A stretch of DNA of 64,000 nt. Origin: an uncultured cyanobacterium (GTDB lineage: Bacteria > Cyanobacteriota > Cyanobacteriia > PCC-9006 > JAAUQQ01). Shown here in pieces: positions 1-10,857 of this stretch. The DNA lies in NCBI GenBank assembly GCA_963718615.1, contig OY970368.1, positions 5,376,001 to 5,440,000 of the forward strand, written 5' to 3'. The position numbers and the translations under genes are program-made. Each line of letters begins with the position of its first letter. The first letter of the stretch is position 1. The notes beneath the pieces were generated by a model. That model was not told where the DNA came from. It saw nothing but the letters and a program-made list of their open reading frames with translations, and did no database searches.

Positions 1-309
1 AGTATCGTATTCATCACAGCCTGCATCGAATGCTTTTTGGCGATCGCCCACCATCGCATGGGCAGTCAAAGCAATGATTGGAATCAAAGAAAGTTGGGGA
101 TCAGATTTAAGCCGTCGCGTCGCTTCCCAACCATCCATGATAGGTAAACTCATATCCATCAGGATCAAGTCAGGCTGTTCAGTTTGAGCCATTTCAACAC
201 CCTGTAAACCATCAACAGCTATAACGACGTCATAGCCTCGCCGCCGTAATCTTCGACTCAGCATATCGCGATTAAATTCGTTGTCTTCTACCAGCAGAAT
301 TTTAGCCAT
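1..309 (-). CDS. Single-domain response regulator (CheY/DivK-like); 3' end runs off the window
   Basis: Manual translation from ATG at 309: MAKILLVEDNEFNRDMLSRRL...DLILMDMSLPIMDGWEATRRLK...IPIIALTAHAM; receiver motifs. Not in the ORF track because it is truncated. Confidence 0.9.
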   Translation of the reverse strand, partial: MAKILLVEDNEFNRDMLSRRLRRRGYDVVIAVDGLQGVEMAQTEQPDLILMDMSLPIMDGWEATRRLKSDPQLSLIPIIALTAHAMVGDRQKAFDAGCDEYDT

Positions 310-377
310 AATGATCGAAAACAAAGAATAAAGAACGAGACAATCTAGGATTAAAACTCAACTGATGGCAAAGAAAA

Positions 378-839
378 CTAGGTAAGCTTAACCAAAATGC
401 TGTCTCCTTCAACCTTTGTCGCATATTGAGAGAGTTTGCTTTGGGCGGGTCCTTTTGCAACGGTACCATCCGATTGAAACCGCGATCCATGACAAGCACA
501 GAAAATATTTTTATCATTCATTTGCCAGGTTACGGAACATCCTTGATGGGTGCAGGCAGGAGAAAACGCCCTGATTTCGCTAGATATATCCACAGCCCCC
601 ACAACTAGCACTGCATCTCCTTGAGCATTGTGATAGCGAAAACTTCCACTTTCAGCCAAATCTGCAAGCTGACCTACTACCCAAAAGCCATCGGCTCTAG
701 GTGTGGATTTCACAGATTTAGGATTCAATTCAGAAAGATCAGATTCTTTTTTAGGCTTTAAGCAAGCACTGAGCGCAACGGGAAGAGAGCTCGCTAAGGC
801 TGCTAGACTAATCCATTTGATAAACGTACGACGGTCCAT
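378..839 (-). CDS. Rieske 2Fe-2S protein with Tat signal and lipobox (small PetC3-like type)
   Basis: CTHQGC and CACHGSRF Rieske boxes; N-terminal MDRRTFIKW twin-arginine motif and LSAC lipobox. Start taken at ATG 839, next to the kinase stop. Confidence 0.88.
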   Translation of the reverse strand: MDRRTFIKWISLAALASSLPVALSACLKPKKESDLSELNPKSVKSTPRADGFWVVGQLADLAESGSFRYHNAQGDAVLVVGAVDISSEIRAFSPACTHQGCSVTWQMNDKNIFCACHGSRFQSDGTVAKGPAQSKLSQYATKVEGDSILVKLT

Positions 840-841
840 GA

Positions 842-3598
842 TTAAACGACTCCTTCTGCAATGTGTAGAGACAAAAACTCGTGAATTTCTTCTAGAAATT
901 CTTGCTGGTTCAGACTTCGTTTTTGATGGATACTTTGCACCACATCTCCTAGGGCTTGGCGATCGGCCTGGGTAATATCCTTGGCCGTTAAAACAATGAC
1001 CGGAATTGAGCGCCAAGCGTCGTTTTCCCGCAGAGCTTGAATAAAACTAAAGCCATCCATTTCTGGCATCATCAGATCGAGCAAAATTAAACGAGGTTGC
1101 TGAGAGGTTTGCAAACAAGTCAGTGCTTCCCGACCATTGCCTGCGCTACGGGTCAACCATCCTTCGCGCTGAACCAAACGTTCTAGCATTTCTCGAGATT
1201 CAAGATGATCTTCTACAACCAAAATCCAGGCATCTTCATCGGCTTCAGGTCGATATTTTTCTAGCGCCGCAATGAGATGATGACGATTAAGGGGTTTAGG
1301 CAAATATTCTGACGCACCTAAACTAAAGCCCAAGGTGCTGTCTTCAAGCATGGTTAACATAATGACGGGAATTTTATACAGTTTTGGATCACTTTTGAGT
1401 GCCGCCAAGACCTCCCATCCATCCATGTTGGGCATCATGACATCCAGGACGATCGCGTCCGGACTTTGATGTTCAGCTAGACCTATGCCATCAAGACCAT
1501 TTTGAGCGCAGAAGACTTGATAGCCGATTTTGTTGAGCGATCGCTCAACCATTTCACAAGCTTCTAAATCATCATCAATCACCACAATTTTTCCACGACT
1601 GTTTTCACCGACAACGCGAGGCTTTGATGATAATTCTGGACCTGCGGCTTTCTCTTCTAATCCGAGCTGATAGGGTAGTAAAATCTTGAACGTGGTTCCG
1701 ATGCCATATTCACTATTAACTGAAACACTGCCTCCCATCGCAGTTACAAAATGTTTTGTAATCGCCAAGCCTAACCCCGTTCCACCGTACTTTCTAGTCG
1801 TTGATGAATCAGCCTGAGTAAACGCATCAAAAACTTTATTTAGCTGTTCCGGCGTCATTCCAATTCCAGTATCTGTTACATCGAACTCAATCCAGGATCC
1901 TTCATTGTTATTAATTGCAATAATCGATAGTCGAACTTCTCCGCCTTCGGTAAACTTACTCGCATTACTTAATAAATTGAATAGGCTTTGACGCAGTTTC
2001 GTTTGATCCGCATACAGGGTTTGGATCTCTGGTGGATAGTGAAGGACTAAGTTATTCAGATTTTTTTCCACTAAGGGCTGAATCGTAGAGACAACATCCT
2101 GAACTAAAGACATCAAGTCAAAAGTTTCTAAGTAGAGATCCATCCGACCAGCTTCGACCTTGGATAAGTCTAAGACATCATTGATTAGACCCAACAGATG
2201 TTTACCCGCACTTCTGATTTTGCGAATATCTGGAATAAAGTCATCTTGTCCGCTATCCGCAGCATCTTCTTCTAGAATTTCGCTATAGCCAATAATTGCG
2301 TTGAGAGGAGTGCGTAATTCATGACTCATGTTAGCTAAAAATGCACTTTTAGACTTATTGGCTTCTTCAGCCTTAGTTCTTGCCTCTTCAGCCTTCTCAC
2401 GGGCTTTGTCAATGGCTCGCATACTCGCAGAAAGCTGAGCCTCAGTTTTCTTACGGGGAGTCACATCTTGCCAAAAAACCGATAAGCCCTGTGCACTCGG
2501 ATAGAGTCGAAATTCTAACCAAACTTTTTTAGCTTCATATTGTGTCTCAAACGTAATGACGGACTGTCGCTTCATTGCTTCTTGATAGTAGCTCGAAGCT
2601 TGTAGGGCTAAATCAGCAGGAAAGACATCCCAAAAAAGTTCACCAATGAGGTTCTCTGCCTTTCTATCCAGGGTTTGTTCCGCTTGGGGGTTGATATAGG
2701 TAATTTTCCATTGACTATCCAAACCCACAAAAGCATCTGTAATACTTTCTAGTAAATTAGAAACTTGACGTTTTGAGGTTCTGAGTTGATGGACAAATAG
2801 TAATACACCTGAGCCTAGAACGAGTAAGAGCCAACTGTAGGTAAAAAATCGATAGCGGATTGCTTCTCGCACTGCTGCTTGATAGGCAATTTCGTAATCT
2901 TCAGAAAGTTGACGCAGGCTTTGAGTGCTGGGTAGAGCGAGAATGGACTGCGTGAGTTGATCAACTTGAGGTTTATTTTCTAAAATGATTTGCGCATGGG
3001 CAACCGCCAACTCAATGGGCTCGCGACTGACTGGCGCTTTATTAGGAAGTTCAAACTTGATGGTTTTAATTTTTTCTTCAATTTCTGGTACCAAACTCTC
3101 ATCGGAGGAGATGGTATAGAGCAAGATTTGATCGAGGAGGCTACTAAGTTCCTGAATGGCGATCGCATCCTGATCGGTCTTAAATTCTTGAATCAGATAG
3201 GGTAAATAGGATAGCGAATTCTTCAGCAATGAATTCTGCGCCTTAAATTCCTCTAAAAGCTTTTTCTTGTCTTCGAGAACCTGACTATTACGATTGAGTG
3301 CTGTCTGTAAATTCTGCTGAGATTTATGACTCAAGAAGGAGGGTAGCTGCTCCAGCTTCTCCTGTAAAATCAGTTCCTGATTAATTTGCTCAATCAGCGG
3401 ATCGTAGGAAGATAGCAATGCATAACGATTTTTTAGCAAATCTTGATTGGCCGTTAAGTCCCGTTCAAGTTGTTCAGAGAGTAAGCTTCGATAGGCTAAA
3501 TGCCGATTAATATCCACCGCTCGTCCCTTCAGTGCCAAACCGGCCAAGAGCAACAGGGAGCCTACGGCAGCTGCCGAAATTAAAGGTTTACGATTCAT
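842..3598 (-). CDS. Membrane hybrid sensor histidine kinase (all-helical DAHL-like periplasmic domain, PAS, HisKA, HATPase, two receivers)
   Basis: Two TM segments flank a helical region; PAS ([19 protein letters not shown]); H-box [13 protein letters not shown]; N/G boxes [23 protein letters not shown]; two REC domains (VLDVMMP, LLDLMMP). Confidence 0.92.
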   Translation of the reverse strand: MNRKPLISAAAVGSLLLLAGLALKGRAVDINRHLAYRSLLSEQLERDLTANQDLLKNRYALLSSYDPLIEQINQELILQEKLEQLPSFLSHKSQQNLQTALNRNSQVLEDKKKLLEEFKAQNSLLKNSLSYLPYLIQEFKTDQDAIAIQELSSLLDQILLYTISSDESLVPEIEEKIKTIKFELPNKAPVSREPIELAVAHAQIILENKPQVDQLTQSILALPSTQSLRQLSEDYEIAYQAAVREAIRYRFFTYSWLLLVLGSGVLLFVHQLRTSKRQVSNLLESITDAFVGLDSQWKITYINPQAEQTLDRKAENLIGELFWDVFPADLALQASSYYQEAMKRQSVITFETQYEAKKVWLEFRLYPSAQGLSVFWQDVTPRKKTEAQLSASMRAIDKAREKAEEARTKAEEANKSKSAFLANMSHELRTPLNAIIGYSEILEEDAADSGQDDFIPDIRKIRSAGKHLLGLINDVLDLSKVEAGRMDLYLETFDLMSLVQDVVSTIQPLVEKNLNNLVLHYPPEIQTLYADQTKLRQSLFNLLSNASKFTEGGEVRLSIIAINNNEGSWIEFDVTDTGIGMTPEQLNKVFDAFTQADSSTTRKYGGTGLGLAITKHFVTAMGGSVSVNSEYGIGTTFKILLPYQLGLEEKAAGPELSSKPRVVGENSRGKIVVIDDDLEACEMVERSLNKIGYQVFCAQNGLDGIGLAEHQSPDAIVLDVMMPNMDGWEVLAALKSDPKLYKIPVIMLTMLEDSTLGFSLGASEYLPKPLNRHHLIAALEKYRPEADEDAWILVVEDHLESREMLERLVQREGWLTRSAGNGREALTCLQTSQQPRLILLDLMMPEMDGFSFIQALRENDAWRSIPVIVLTAKDITQADRQALGDVVQSIHQKRSLNQQEFLEEIHEFLSLHIAEGVV

Positions 3599-4629
3599 GG
3601 CTGCTCTCCTTCAATATCAGCGGTTTTAATATCAGCGGTTAAGGTATTCAAAAATTGAACAATCAAATCAACATCCGCCTGGGTGGGCACACGACCCAAC
3701 TGATACTTGGCCATAATCTTGACGGCTTCATCAAGGGTTTTAGCGGTACCATCGTGAAAATAGGGTGCAGTCAAAACGACATTTCGTAGACTGGGTACCT
3801 TGAAGGCATAGCGATCGCGCTCATTCCCCGTCACGTTATAGCGACCCCAATCAGCCTCGGTAATATTGCCTCGATCTTGGAAATAGTCTCCAAATACACC
3901 AAATTTTTGAAACATGTTGCCCCCGATCGCAACACCCTGATGACAGGAAACACAGCCGAGGTCCTTAAATCGCTGATAGCCCATTTTTTCCTGAGGAGTT
4001 AAAGCATTGATATCTCCCCGTAAAAACTGATCAAATCTAGAATTTGGCGTATAGAGAGAGCGTTCAAAGTTGGCGATCGCATCCTTTACATTGGGCTCCG
4101 TAATGCCATCACCATAGGAGGCTTCAAAGGCTTGCCGATATTCATTGGACTGCTTCAGCTTGTCCAACACCTCTACCCACGTAGAGTTCATTTCATGGGC
4201 GCTGGTAATTGGTCCATCGATCTGCTCCTCTAAACTATTGGCCCGACCGTCCCAAAATTGCTTAAAGTTGAATACACAGTTCAAGACTGTCGGTGCATTG
4301 ACAAACCCTTCGGTTTTATTAATGCCAAGGGATTTGACCCGCTGGTCAACGCCTGAGGTTGATAGATAATGACAGCTTGCACAGGAAAGCGAATGATCAT
4401 GTGAAAGCTGAGGTTCATGGAAGAGCTTGTTGCCCAGTTTGACTTTGTTGGGATCTAGTTTTAGCGTTAGCGGAATCGGTTCAATGGGCTCGCCATTTAA
4501 GGATTTAGCTAAACTCATCGAATTGGCATCGAGCCCCATGGCAGGCATTACCATGCCATAGAAAATGCCTAGAACACAGCAACAGCAGAGTATGCCAATG
4601 CGCCAATAGTCTCGAAATTGATTTAACAT
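3595..4629 (-). CDS. Di-heme cytochrome c peroxidase (bCcP/MauG family)
   Basis: Two CxxCH motifs (CASCH, CVSCH), [26 protein letters not shown]; signal peptide. Stop overlaps the kinase start. Confidence 0.92.
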   Translation of the reverse strand: MLNQFRDYWRIGILCCCCVLGIFYGMVMPAMGLDANSMSLAKSLNGEPIEPIPLTLKLDPNKVKLGNKLFHEPQLSHDHSLSCASCHYLSTSGVDQRVKSLGINKTEGFVNAPTVLNCVFNFKQFWDGRANSLEEQIDGPITSAHEMNSTWVEVLDKLKQSNEYRQAFEASYGDGITEPNVKDAIANFERSLYTPNSRFDQFLRGDINALTPQEKMGYQRFKDLGCVSCHQGVAIGGNMFQKFGVFGDYFQDRGNITEADWGRYNVTGNERDRYAFKVPSLRNVVLTAPYFHDGTAKTLDEAVKIMAKYQLGRVPTQADVDLIVQFLNTLTADIKTADIEGEQP

Positions 4630-4811
4630 TATGCCTTAAACTCCTGCCAACCCAAAATTACCTGCGTTCAAGCAGATCCTTGGAGTAGGAGCACCTGCTT
4701 TTCCCGACGAATTCAGACGAATGCAACGGAAAAGCGACTCAATTTTCTAAACCTTTAAACAGCCGTCATGGCATTACCATAACGGTCAACTGACCGACGA
4801 TTGAGACCGAC

Positions 4812-4846
4812 GATTGGCACTGATGATTGGCACTGATGATTGGCAC
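4812..4846. repeat. 13-bp tandem repeat (GATTGGCACTGAT, about 2.7 copies)
   Basis: Directly visible in the intergenic sequence. Confidence 0.85.
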
Positions 4847-5041
4847 CAACGAGCAACACCGATCTATGCCCAAATTAGCTGCGGTGTTGACTTGACCCAC
4901 TGGGGAGTCTTGACAATGTCCGGATATTGCACCACCTATCCGGGGATTGCACCAGGCGGCCCGATAGGACTACTGATCTTAGCTTTCCCGAGTCCGTAGT
5001 TTGGGTAACTTATCCCTGGACTTGGATGGATATCATCCCTG

Positions 5042-5776
5042 CTAACTTCTAAATAGCCGACTATACAATGTCTCATGGGTCATACTCGCCAAGGCCAAGC
5101 CCCATCCCCAGGCTTCTAGATCCTCATCGGGTACCTGTTGAATATGCTGCAAACTTGTCAGCAGAACCGGCTGTAAATCCCAGAGCAGTTGTTGGCCCAG
5201 GGTTTGCCCTAAAGGGATTAGTTTGACCGCAGCGGTCACAAGATTGGTTGCCCAAGTTTGTAGATAGCCCAAGAGCGCCGGTTCCGCAGTAATCTGCCAA
5301 TGGGTAGCGGTGATGCCAAAGGCGATCGCAAAATGACAGCCATCCTGCCGCAACGTTGCCAAGAGCGTTTCCGGTACCCCCAGGGGAGGCTGCATCTGGT
5401 TCACTAAGCGGAGGAGCGATCGCCCCATTTGCATGCTTTGCAGACGCAGTTCTTCGGTCTCCCGGCTGGCGCTCAGCCAATGGTTCCAGTACAATAATTG
5501 AGGCCAGTTTTCCGTGGCGCTGGCCTGTAGACTCCGCAGCATCACGACCGCTTCTAGGTAAATTGCCCCATAGGTCAGTTCCTGCTCCAACCAATGGCGC
5601 AACTGCTCGGGCGTCGTTAATTGCTGGGTCTGGACCAAGGTTTCTAGTCCTTCAGAATAGCTAAAGGCTCCCACTGGCAAGGCGGGTGAGGCCAATTGCA
5701 GCAGCCGCAGCAGCATCGTTGCGTCCGTCAGCGGCGGTGAGGAGGCGTTGAGGACGGGCTCAGTGACCATGGCCAT
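5042..5776 (-). CDS. ureF: Urease accessory protein UreF
   Basis: [31 protein letters not shown]-terminal [11 protein letters not shown]. Confidence 0.95.
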   Translation of the reverse strand: MAMVTEPVLNASSPPLTDATMLLRLLQLASPALPVGAFSYSEGLETLVQTQQLTTPEQLRHWLEQELTYGAIYLEAVVMLRSLQASATENWPQLLYWNHWLSASRETEELRLQSMQMGRSLLRLVNQMQPPLGVPETLLATLRQDGCHFAIAFGITATHWQITAEPALLGYLQTWATNLVTAAVKLIPLGQTLGQQLLWDLQPVLLTSLQHIQQVPDEDLEAWGWGLALASMTHETLYSRLFRS

Positions 5777-6251
5777 AGGCTCCGGTTTCCGGGAAAAAGG
5801 GCACAATCTCTTCCACCAGGGTTAATCCCCGTTGTTCTAGCATCTGACGTAAGACCGGATCCGGTGCAAAACGGAGATAGGTTTCTGCAATTTCCACAGG
5901 CACATGACGATTGCCCAAATGATAGGCCGCTTGCATGAGGGCCAAGGGCGTGGGGGTGGTTACGGTGAGGACGGGCTCGGGCTGGGCTTCAATCGAGAGG
6001 ATGCGATCGCCCGTTTCCGTTTGCAGGCGATCGCCTGCGCGCAACACTGTCCCTCGGGGCAATTGCCAGAACAGCACCGTTCCATCGGGCATTTCGATCC
6101 GGGAACGCGACTTGGTTCGAGCTTCAGCGCTCAAGGCCAAACGCAGCCAATTCTCGGGTTTACCCAGAGCCGACAGCGGGTCTACCGCCGTCGCGGCATC
6201 CATCCAACTCGGGTCCAGCCGGCGGGTAAAGATTATTGTCAAATTTGACAT
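5760..6251 (-). CDS. ureE: Urease accessory protein UreE
   Basis: [23 protein letters not shown]-terminal [12 protein letters not shown]; overlaps the ureF start. Confidence 0.95.
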   Translation of the reverse strand: MSNLTIIFTRRLDPSWMDAATAVDPLSALGKPENWLRLALSAEARTKSRSRIEMPDGTVLFWQLPRGTVLRAGDRLQTETGDRILSIEAQPEPVLTVTTPTPLALMQAAYHLGNRHVPVEIAETYLRFAPDPVLRQMLEQRGLTLVEEIVPFFPETGAYGHGH

Positions 6252-6464
6252 CACAGTTGAAGAAAACAGTTGAAGAACATTGCAAAAGGGGTGAGGCGAG
6301 AATTAATCCAAAAAATTCTTATGCATCGCACAAGTAGAATAGAATATACAGACGCCTAAACTCATAGTATTTTGTAGCTGTCACGACGGAGTCCCTGGAC
6401 CTTTTCCCCGTAGGGTGCATCCATGGTCTACCACGGTCCAGCAGTGTTTTAGAACGGGGCAACC

Positions 6465-7133
6465 ATGGCTCAAGCACTCAACATCGCGCTCGTTAGCTAT
6501 CTCAACCGGCTTCGCGGCAATCTCCGAATGCTGGAATTGGCCTTGGCCCTTCACCAAGCAGGCCACTTGCCCCAGGTTTTTGTGCTCGCTAGACCCGACG
6601 ATGATCGGTTCATCGGGCTGCCGCCTCTGCCGTTTCCAGTCCATTGGATTCCAGCCCGTCCTTGTCCCTTTGGCCTAGATGAGCTTCATCGCCAGCGGAT
6701 ACAGGAGCTCGTCGACTACCTTGCGTCCTCCCCTCAGTCCTATGATATTTACCACGCTCAAGATCTGATTAGTGCCAATGCCCTAGCAGCCCTGCGAGGC
6801 ATTGGCCATATTCCCCATTTTATCCATTCGCTCCCCTGTCTTGAAACAATGACTAGTCCCTATCTGCGGGGCTGTCAAGAACGGGCCATTTATGAGCCGG
6901 ATCTTTGCATCTGTCTCAATCGCCGGTTAAAGGAGCGGCTTAAGGTCGAGTATGGCATCAACGCTCAATGGCTGCCGCCCTTAGCCAGCATCACCGCTCG
7001 TTTGGACCAAAGCCCCGAGAGCCTCAATCGTCGCCAGCGGCGGGAGCAAGCCGCTCAGAAACATCTTATACTGTATCAACAACTGATTGAGCGAGAACAA
7101 GAAACCCTTAATCATTGGCTTCATTTTGCTTAA
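6465..7133 (+). CDS. MSMEG_0565-like glycosyltransferase (GT4), N-terminal domain only
   Basis: YDIYHAQDLISANAL motif and SPYL..CQ.RAI..PD; only 222 aa, with no C-terminal nucleotide-sugar-binding domain. Confidence 0.65.
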   Translation: MAQALNIALVSYLNRLRGNLRMLELALALHQAGHLPQVFVLARPDDDRFIGLPPLPFPVHWIPARPCPFGLDELHRQRIQELVDYLASSPQSYDIYHAQDLISANALAALRGIGHIPHFIHSLPCLETMTSPYLRGCQERAIYEPDLCICLNRRLKERLKVEYGINAQWLPPLASITARLDQSPESLNRRQRREQAAQKHLILYQQLIEREQETLNHWLHFA

Positions 7134-7998
7134 CGCTAGGTTGCGCGGTTTGTTCACCCCGATAGCGTCCATACTCCCCGAGAAAGGCTAACATTCCCGA
7201 GGTCAAAATGAGTAGGACACTCAGGGCATTGATATCGGGCTTCATACCGGTTCGCACTCGACTATAGATTTCCATGGGTAGCGTATTTGCTCCATTGCCC
7301 GACGTAAAGCTGGAAATCAATAAATCATCCATGCTCAAGACAAAGGCCAGCAGACATCCCGCCCCAATTCCAGGCAAGAGTTCTGGTAAGAGGACGCTCA
7401 CGAAGGCTTGCCAGGGCGTCGCTCCCAGATCCAGGGCCGCCTCCTCTAGATGCGGGTTTAACCCCGCGAGACGAGAGGCAACGACTATGGCAATATAGGC
7501 TAAACAAAAGACGACGTGGGAAGCCACAATGGTCCAAACACTGAGCTGAATGCCAAAGTAAAGACGACCGATTGAGGCTAGAAAGATTAATGTGGCGACG
7601 GCGATCGCAATATCCGGCACAATCAACGGCAAATAAGCCGCTCCTTGATATAAAGCTTTTCCTGGAAACCGATATTTAGCAAGTCCTACCGCCATCATCG
7701 TCCCCAGCACCGCAGAAATTGCCACGGCCATGAGCGCCACCCCCACACTGGTCCCGAGGGCAATCCGAATGCGGTCATCCCCAAAAAGTTGCTGATACCA
7801 GCGCAGACTAAAACCCTCCCAAACAGAAGTATAGCGGGACGCGTTAAAGCTGTAAAATCCCAGAACTGCGATAGGAAAATACATAAACAAAAATAACAAC
7901 AGGGTTAAAACCCCAGGCCAGTTCCGTAAAACATTCCGAAGATAGACCCACCGTACGACAGACCGTACGACAGACCGTACAACCGTTGGCATCCACAA
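7108..7998 (-). CDS. Polyamine ABC transporter permease (PotC-like)
   Basis: GFSLRWY, EAA loop LEEAALDLGATPWQ, SMDD, TLPMEIYS, PDINALS. Confidence 0.88.
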   Translation of the reverse strand: MWMPTVVRSVVRSVVRWVYLRNVLRNWPGVLTLLLFLFMYFPIAVLGFYSFNASRYTSVWEGFSLRWYQQLFGDDRIRIALGTSVGVALMAVAISAVLGTMMAVGLAKYRFPGKALYQGAAYLPLIVPDIAIAVATLIFLASIGRLYFGIQLSVWTIVASHVVFCLAYIAIVVASRLAGLNPHLEEAALDLGATPWQAFVSVLLPELLPGIGAGCLLAFVLSMDDLLISSFTSGNGANTLPMEIYSRVRTGMKPDINALSVLLILTSGMLAFLGEYGRYRGEQTAQPSVKQNEAND

Positions 7999-8193
7999 TG
8001 CTCCTCACACCAAAGGGGGCTTTCACCGCCTCGACAGCGATATAGCACTCGCATTGTATACAATCATTTGCCCCGGCATTTACCCTGATGAATTAATAGT
8101 CCGATTAATGGCTCGATTAATTAAGTTTGTTCTCAAGACTAAGCAGTCCAAGCCTTATATGTTTAAATCATTTCTAGGGTTTAAGGGTCGTCT

Positions 8194-8235
8194 GTTTCAA
8201 GAGATACGTTTTTTTAAAAATTTGTCACCTATGCT
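8194..8235 (+). promoter_or_regulatory. Probable NtcA-activated promoter
   Basis: GTT-N8-TAC (8194-8207; one mismatch to GTA-N8-TAC), 22-nt spacer, then TATGCT (TAN3T -10 box) upstream of the ABC operon. Confidence 0.6.
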
Positions 8236-8309
8236 AATGGGCGATTCCAGGCTGCATCATTCGACTCAATCGTTCCTGTTCTTCTAGTGTTCTTGTCTTC
8301 TAGGCCAGT

Positions 8310-9485
8310 TTGCCAAATCTCGTGAGCCTATCCTCTGCCAACTCGACCCCAACCTTAATCAATCACCCCCTACCCGTCAGTGGGGTTAGCTTGCGTCAGG
8401 TCACGAAACGTTATGCTGCCTTTATGGCGGTTGAGCAGATCAATCTAGAGATTGAACCCGGTTCCTACACTTGTTTACTCGGCCCCAGCGGTTGCGGAAA
8501 AACAACCACATTGCGCATGATTGCCGGTCATGAAGCGATTACCTCCGGTGAAATTTGGATTGGGGAGGAGCGGGTAAACGAAATTCCGGCAGCCAAGCGC
8601 AATACGGCGATGGTGTTTCAGAATTATGCCCTCTTTCCCCACAAAACCGTATGGGACAACATTGGCTTTGGGTTAAAAATGCGTGGCGTTCCTCCCTCAG
8701 AACAGCGACAACGCATTGCCGAGATTCTTAGTCTCGTCGATTTGGAAGAATTTGCTAAGCGCAAGCCCGCCCAACTTAGCGGCGGTCAACAGCAGCGGGT
8801 CGCCTTAGCTCGGGCGCTTGTCACTCGGCCCCAGGTGATTTTGCTCGATGAGCCTCTCAGTGCTTTAGATGAGTCGCTCCGAGTCAGAACAAGACTGGAG
8901 TTACGTAAGCTGCAAAAACAATTTGGCATGACGTTTATTCAAGTGACCCATGCCCAGGATGAAGCTTTTTCGCTCTCGGATAAAGTGGTGGTGATGGATC
9001 GAGGGCGCATCGATCAAATTGGCACGCCAACGCAAATTTTTAATCGGCCCGCTTCGCGTTTTGTGGCGCGTTTTGTCGGTGACAATAACATTCTTCATGG
9101 CACGGTCGTGGGTGCCACGGCAACGGGAGAGCTCGAAGAAATCGAGTTGGCTGTCGAAGGTTTAGGCTCAATCCTTTGCCAGGGTCACAGCGTTCCGATA
9201 GGGCAGGCGGGGGCTTGTTGTATTCGGGGCGATCGCCTCCATTTACTCCCTCGCTCTACCAGCGATGCTTCCCCTAGCTCATTCTTTGCCAATCAGATTA
9301 TGGCAAGGGTCAGCGCCGTTGAGTTTACTGGTTTTGTTAGTCGAATATCATTACTCATTGAACGAGATGGCCGTGAATTTCTCTTTAAGATTCGAACCGA
9401 TGATTGGATTCATTCAGGTTATCAAGAAGGTCAGACTGTTGCGCTAGGCTGGACCGCTGAGGATTGCATTTTCTTGCCTCACTAA
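8310..9485 (+). CDS. ABC transporter ATP-binding protein (PotA/MalK family)
   Basis: GPSGCGKTT, LSGGQQQRVALARAL, LLDEPL, C-terminal TOBE-like region. Confidence 0.93.
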   Translation: MPNLVSLSSANSTPTLINHPLPVSGVSLRQVTKRYAAFMAVEQINLEIEPGSYTCLLGPSGCGKTTTLRMIAGHEAITSGEIWIGEERVNEIPAAKRNTAMVFQNYALFPHKTVWDNIGFGLKMRGVPPSEQRQRIAEILSLVDLEEFAKRKPAQLSGGQQQRVALARALVTRPQVILLDEPLSALDESLRVRTRLELRKLQKQFGMTFIQVTHAQDEAFSLSDKVVVMDRGRIDQIGTPTQIFNRPASRFVARFVGDNNILHGTVVGATATGELEEIELAVEGLGSILCQGHSVPIGQAGACCIRGDRLHLLPRSTSDASPSSFFANQIMARVSAVEFTGFVSRISLLIERDGREFLFKIRTDDWIHSGYQEGQTVALGWTAEDCIFLPH

Positions 9486-9544
9486 CTGGCCTATCCCATT
9501 GGCCTAACTTCAATGCTTCATTATTCAGGTTTTCAGGAGTGACC

Positions 9545-10849
9545 ATGACCAAGATTACCCGCCGCCGCATCCTACAAACGGGTCTAGCAGCCGGAACCCT
9601 ATTAGCCGCGAAAGGCTGCGCTAGCAATCCTACTCCCGAAACTAGCACCAGCACAGGGCCAACGATCATTACCAATCAAATTAAGGATGTAACCCTGCGG
9701 TTTATTGGAACGGGCGTCGCTCAAACGAAGGGGATTAAGGAAAAAATCGAAGAGGATTTAGGCTTTAAGGTTGAAATGACGCCGTTGAGTACGGAGGAAA
9801 ATAACAAGAAAGCAATTACTCAAGCCAAGCAGTGGGATATTTTTGACGGCGAGTATTTTAGCTTACCCCTCGTCATTCCTTCCGGAAATTTGCAGGCCAT
9901 CGACATCAAGAAAATCAAGCAATTTGACAAGATTGTTCCGTTTTTTACAACGGGTAAATTTGAAGGCATGCCGGTAGAATCCTCCCAAGGAACTGCTCCC
10001 TATAAGGTCATGTATCTCAAGGGGGCTGATTCAGCTGAATTGGCCGCAGGCCAGACCGATTGGGCGACGCTATTGCCTTTTCAATACAATGCAGATACAT
10101 TAGGCTGGCGGCCCGAGCTAGTCGGAGCAGAAATCACCTCTTGGGCACAGCTCTTTGATCCAGCATTTAAGGGTAAAACCTCTATTTTGGATATTCCCTC
10201 TATTGGCATTATGGATGCTGCCATGGTGCTAGAAGCTGCGGGCTTAATGACCTTTGGTGATAAGGGTAATATGACAAAAGCCGAGCTTGATCAAGTTACA
10301 GAAATTCTCATTGGCAAGAAGAAGGAAGGACAATTTCGGGCCTTTTGGAAAACCTTTGATGAGTCGGTAAATTTGATGGCATCCGGCGAAGTTCTGTTAC
10401 AGTCCATGTGGTCTCCTGCCGTGACAGCGGTGCGAGCGCGGGGGTTGGATTGTCAATATGGTCCGTTGAAAGAGGGCTATCGAGGCTGGGGCGGTGGCGT
10501 AGGTCTATCCAAGAATCTATCGGGTATTGAGCTGGATGCTGCCTATGAATATCTCAATTGGATGATGGATGGCTGGCTTGGGGCATTTTTAGGACGCCAG
10601 GGTTATTACAGTGCTGCGCCAGAAAACTCCAGAAAATTTATGGAGCCCTACGAGTGGGATTATTGGTATGAAGGTAAGCCTGCGGCTCAAGACATTGTGG
10701 ATCCTTTCGGCACGAAGATCGCAGTAGCTGGAGCCGTACGGGACGGCGGAGCATTTAAGGAACGGGTCGGCAATATTGTCTGCTGGAACTCCGTTATGGA
10801 TGAGCAAACCTATCTAGTGCAAAAGTGGAATGAGTTCATTGCGGCTTAG
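9545..10849 (+). CDS. ABC transporter substrate-binding lipoprotein (PotD/PotF-like)
   Basis: ITRRRIL Tat-like signal and AKGC lipobox, RBS AGGAG, SWAQLFDPAFKGK, QSMWSPAV. Confidence 0.88.
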   Translation: MTKITRRRILQTGLAAGTLLAAKGCASNPTPETSTSTGPTIITNQIKDVTLRFIGTGVAQTKGIKEKIEEDLGFKVEMTPLSTEENNKKAITQAKQWDIFDGEYFSLPLVIPSGNLQAIDIKKIKQFDKIVPFFTTGKFEGMPVESSQGTAPYKVMYLKGADSAELAAGQTDWATLLPFQYNADTLGWRPELVGAEITSWAQLFDPAFKGKTSILDIPSIGIMDAAMVLEAAGLMTFGDKGNMTKAELDQVTEILIGKKKEGQFRAFWKTFDESVNLMASGEVLLQSMWSPAVTAVRARGLDCQYGPLKEGYRGWGGGVGLSKNLSGIELDAAYEYLNWMMDGWLGAFLGRQGYYSAAPENSRKFMEPYEWDYWYEGKPAAQDIVDPFGTKIAVAGAVRDGGAFKERVGNIVCWNSVMDEQTYLVQKWNEFIAA

Positions 10850-10857
10850 GAAGAATT

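Noticed and set aside
840-1016. N-terminal extension of the Rieske ORF given in the track
   Set aside because: It overlaps the kinase 3' end; the Tat signal begins at ATG 839.
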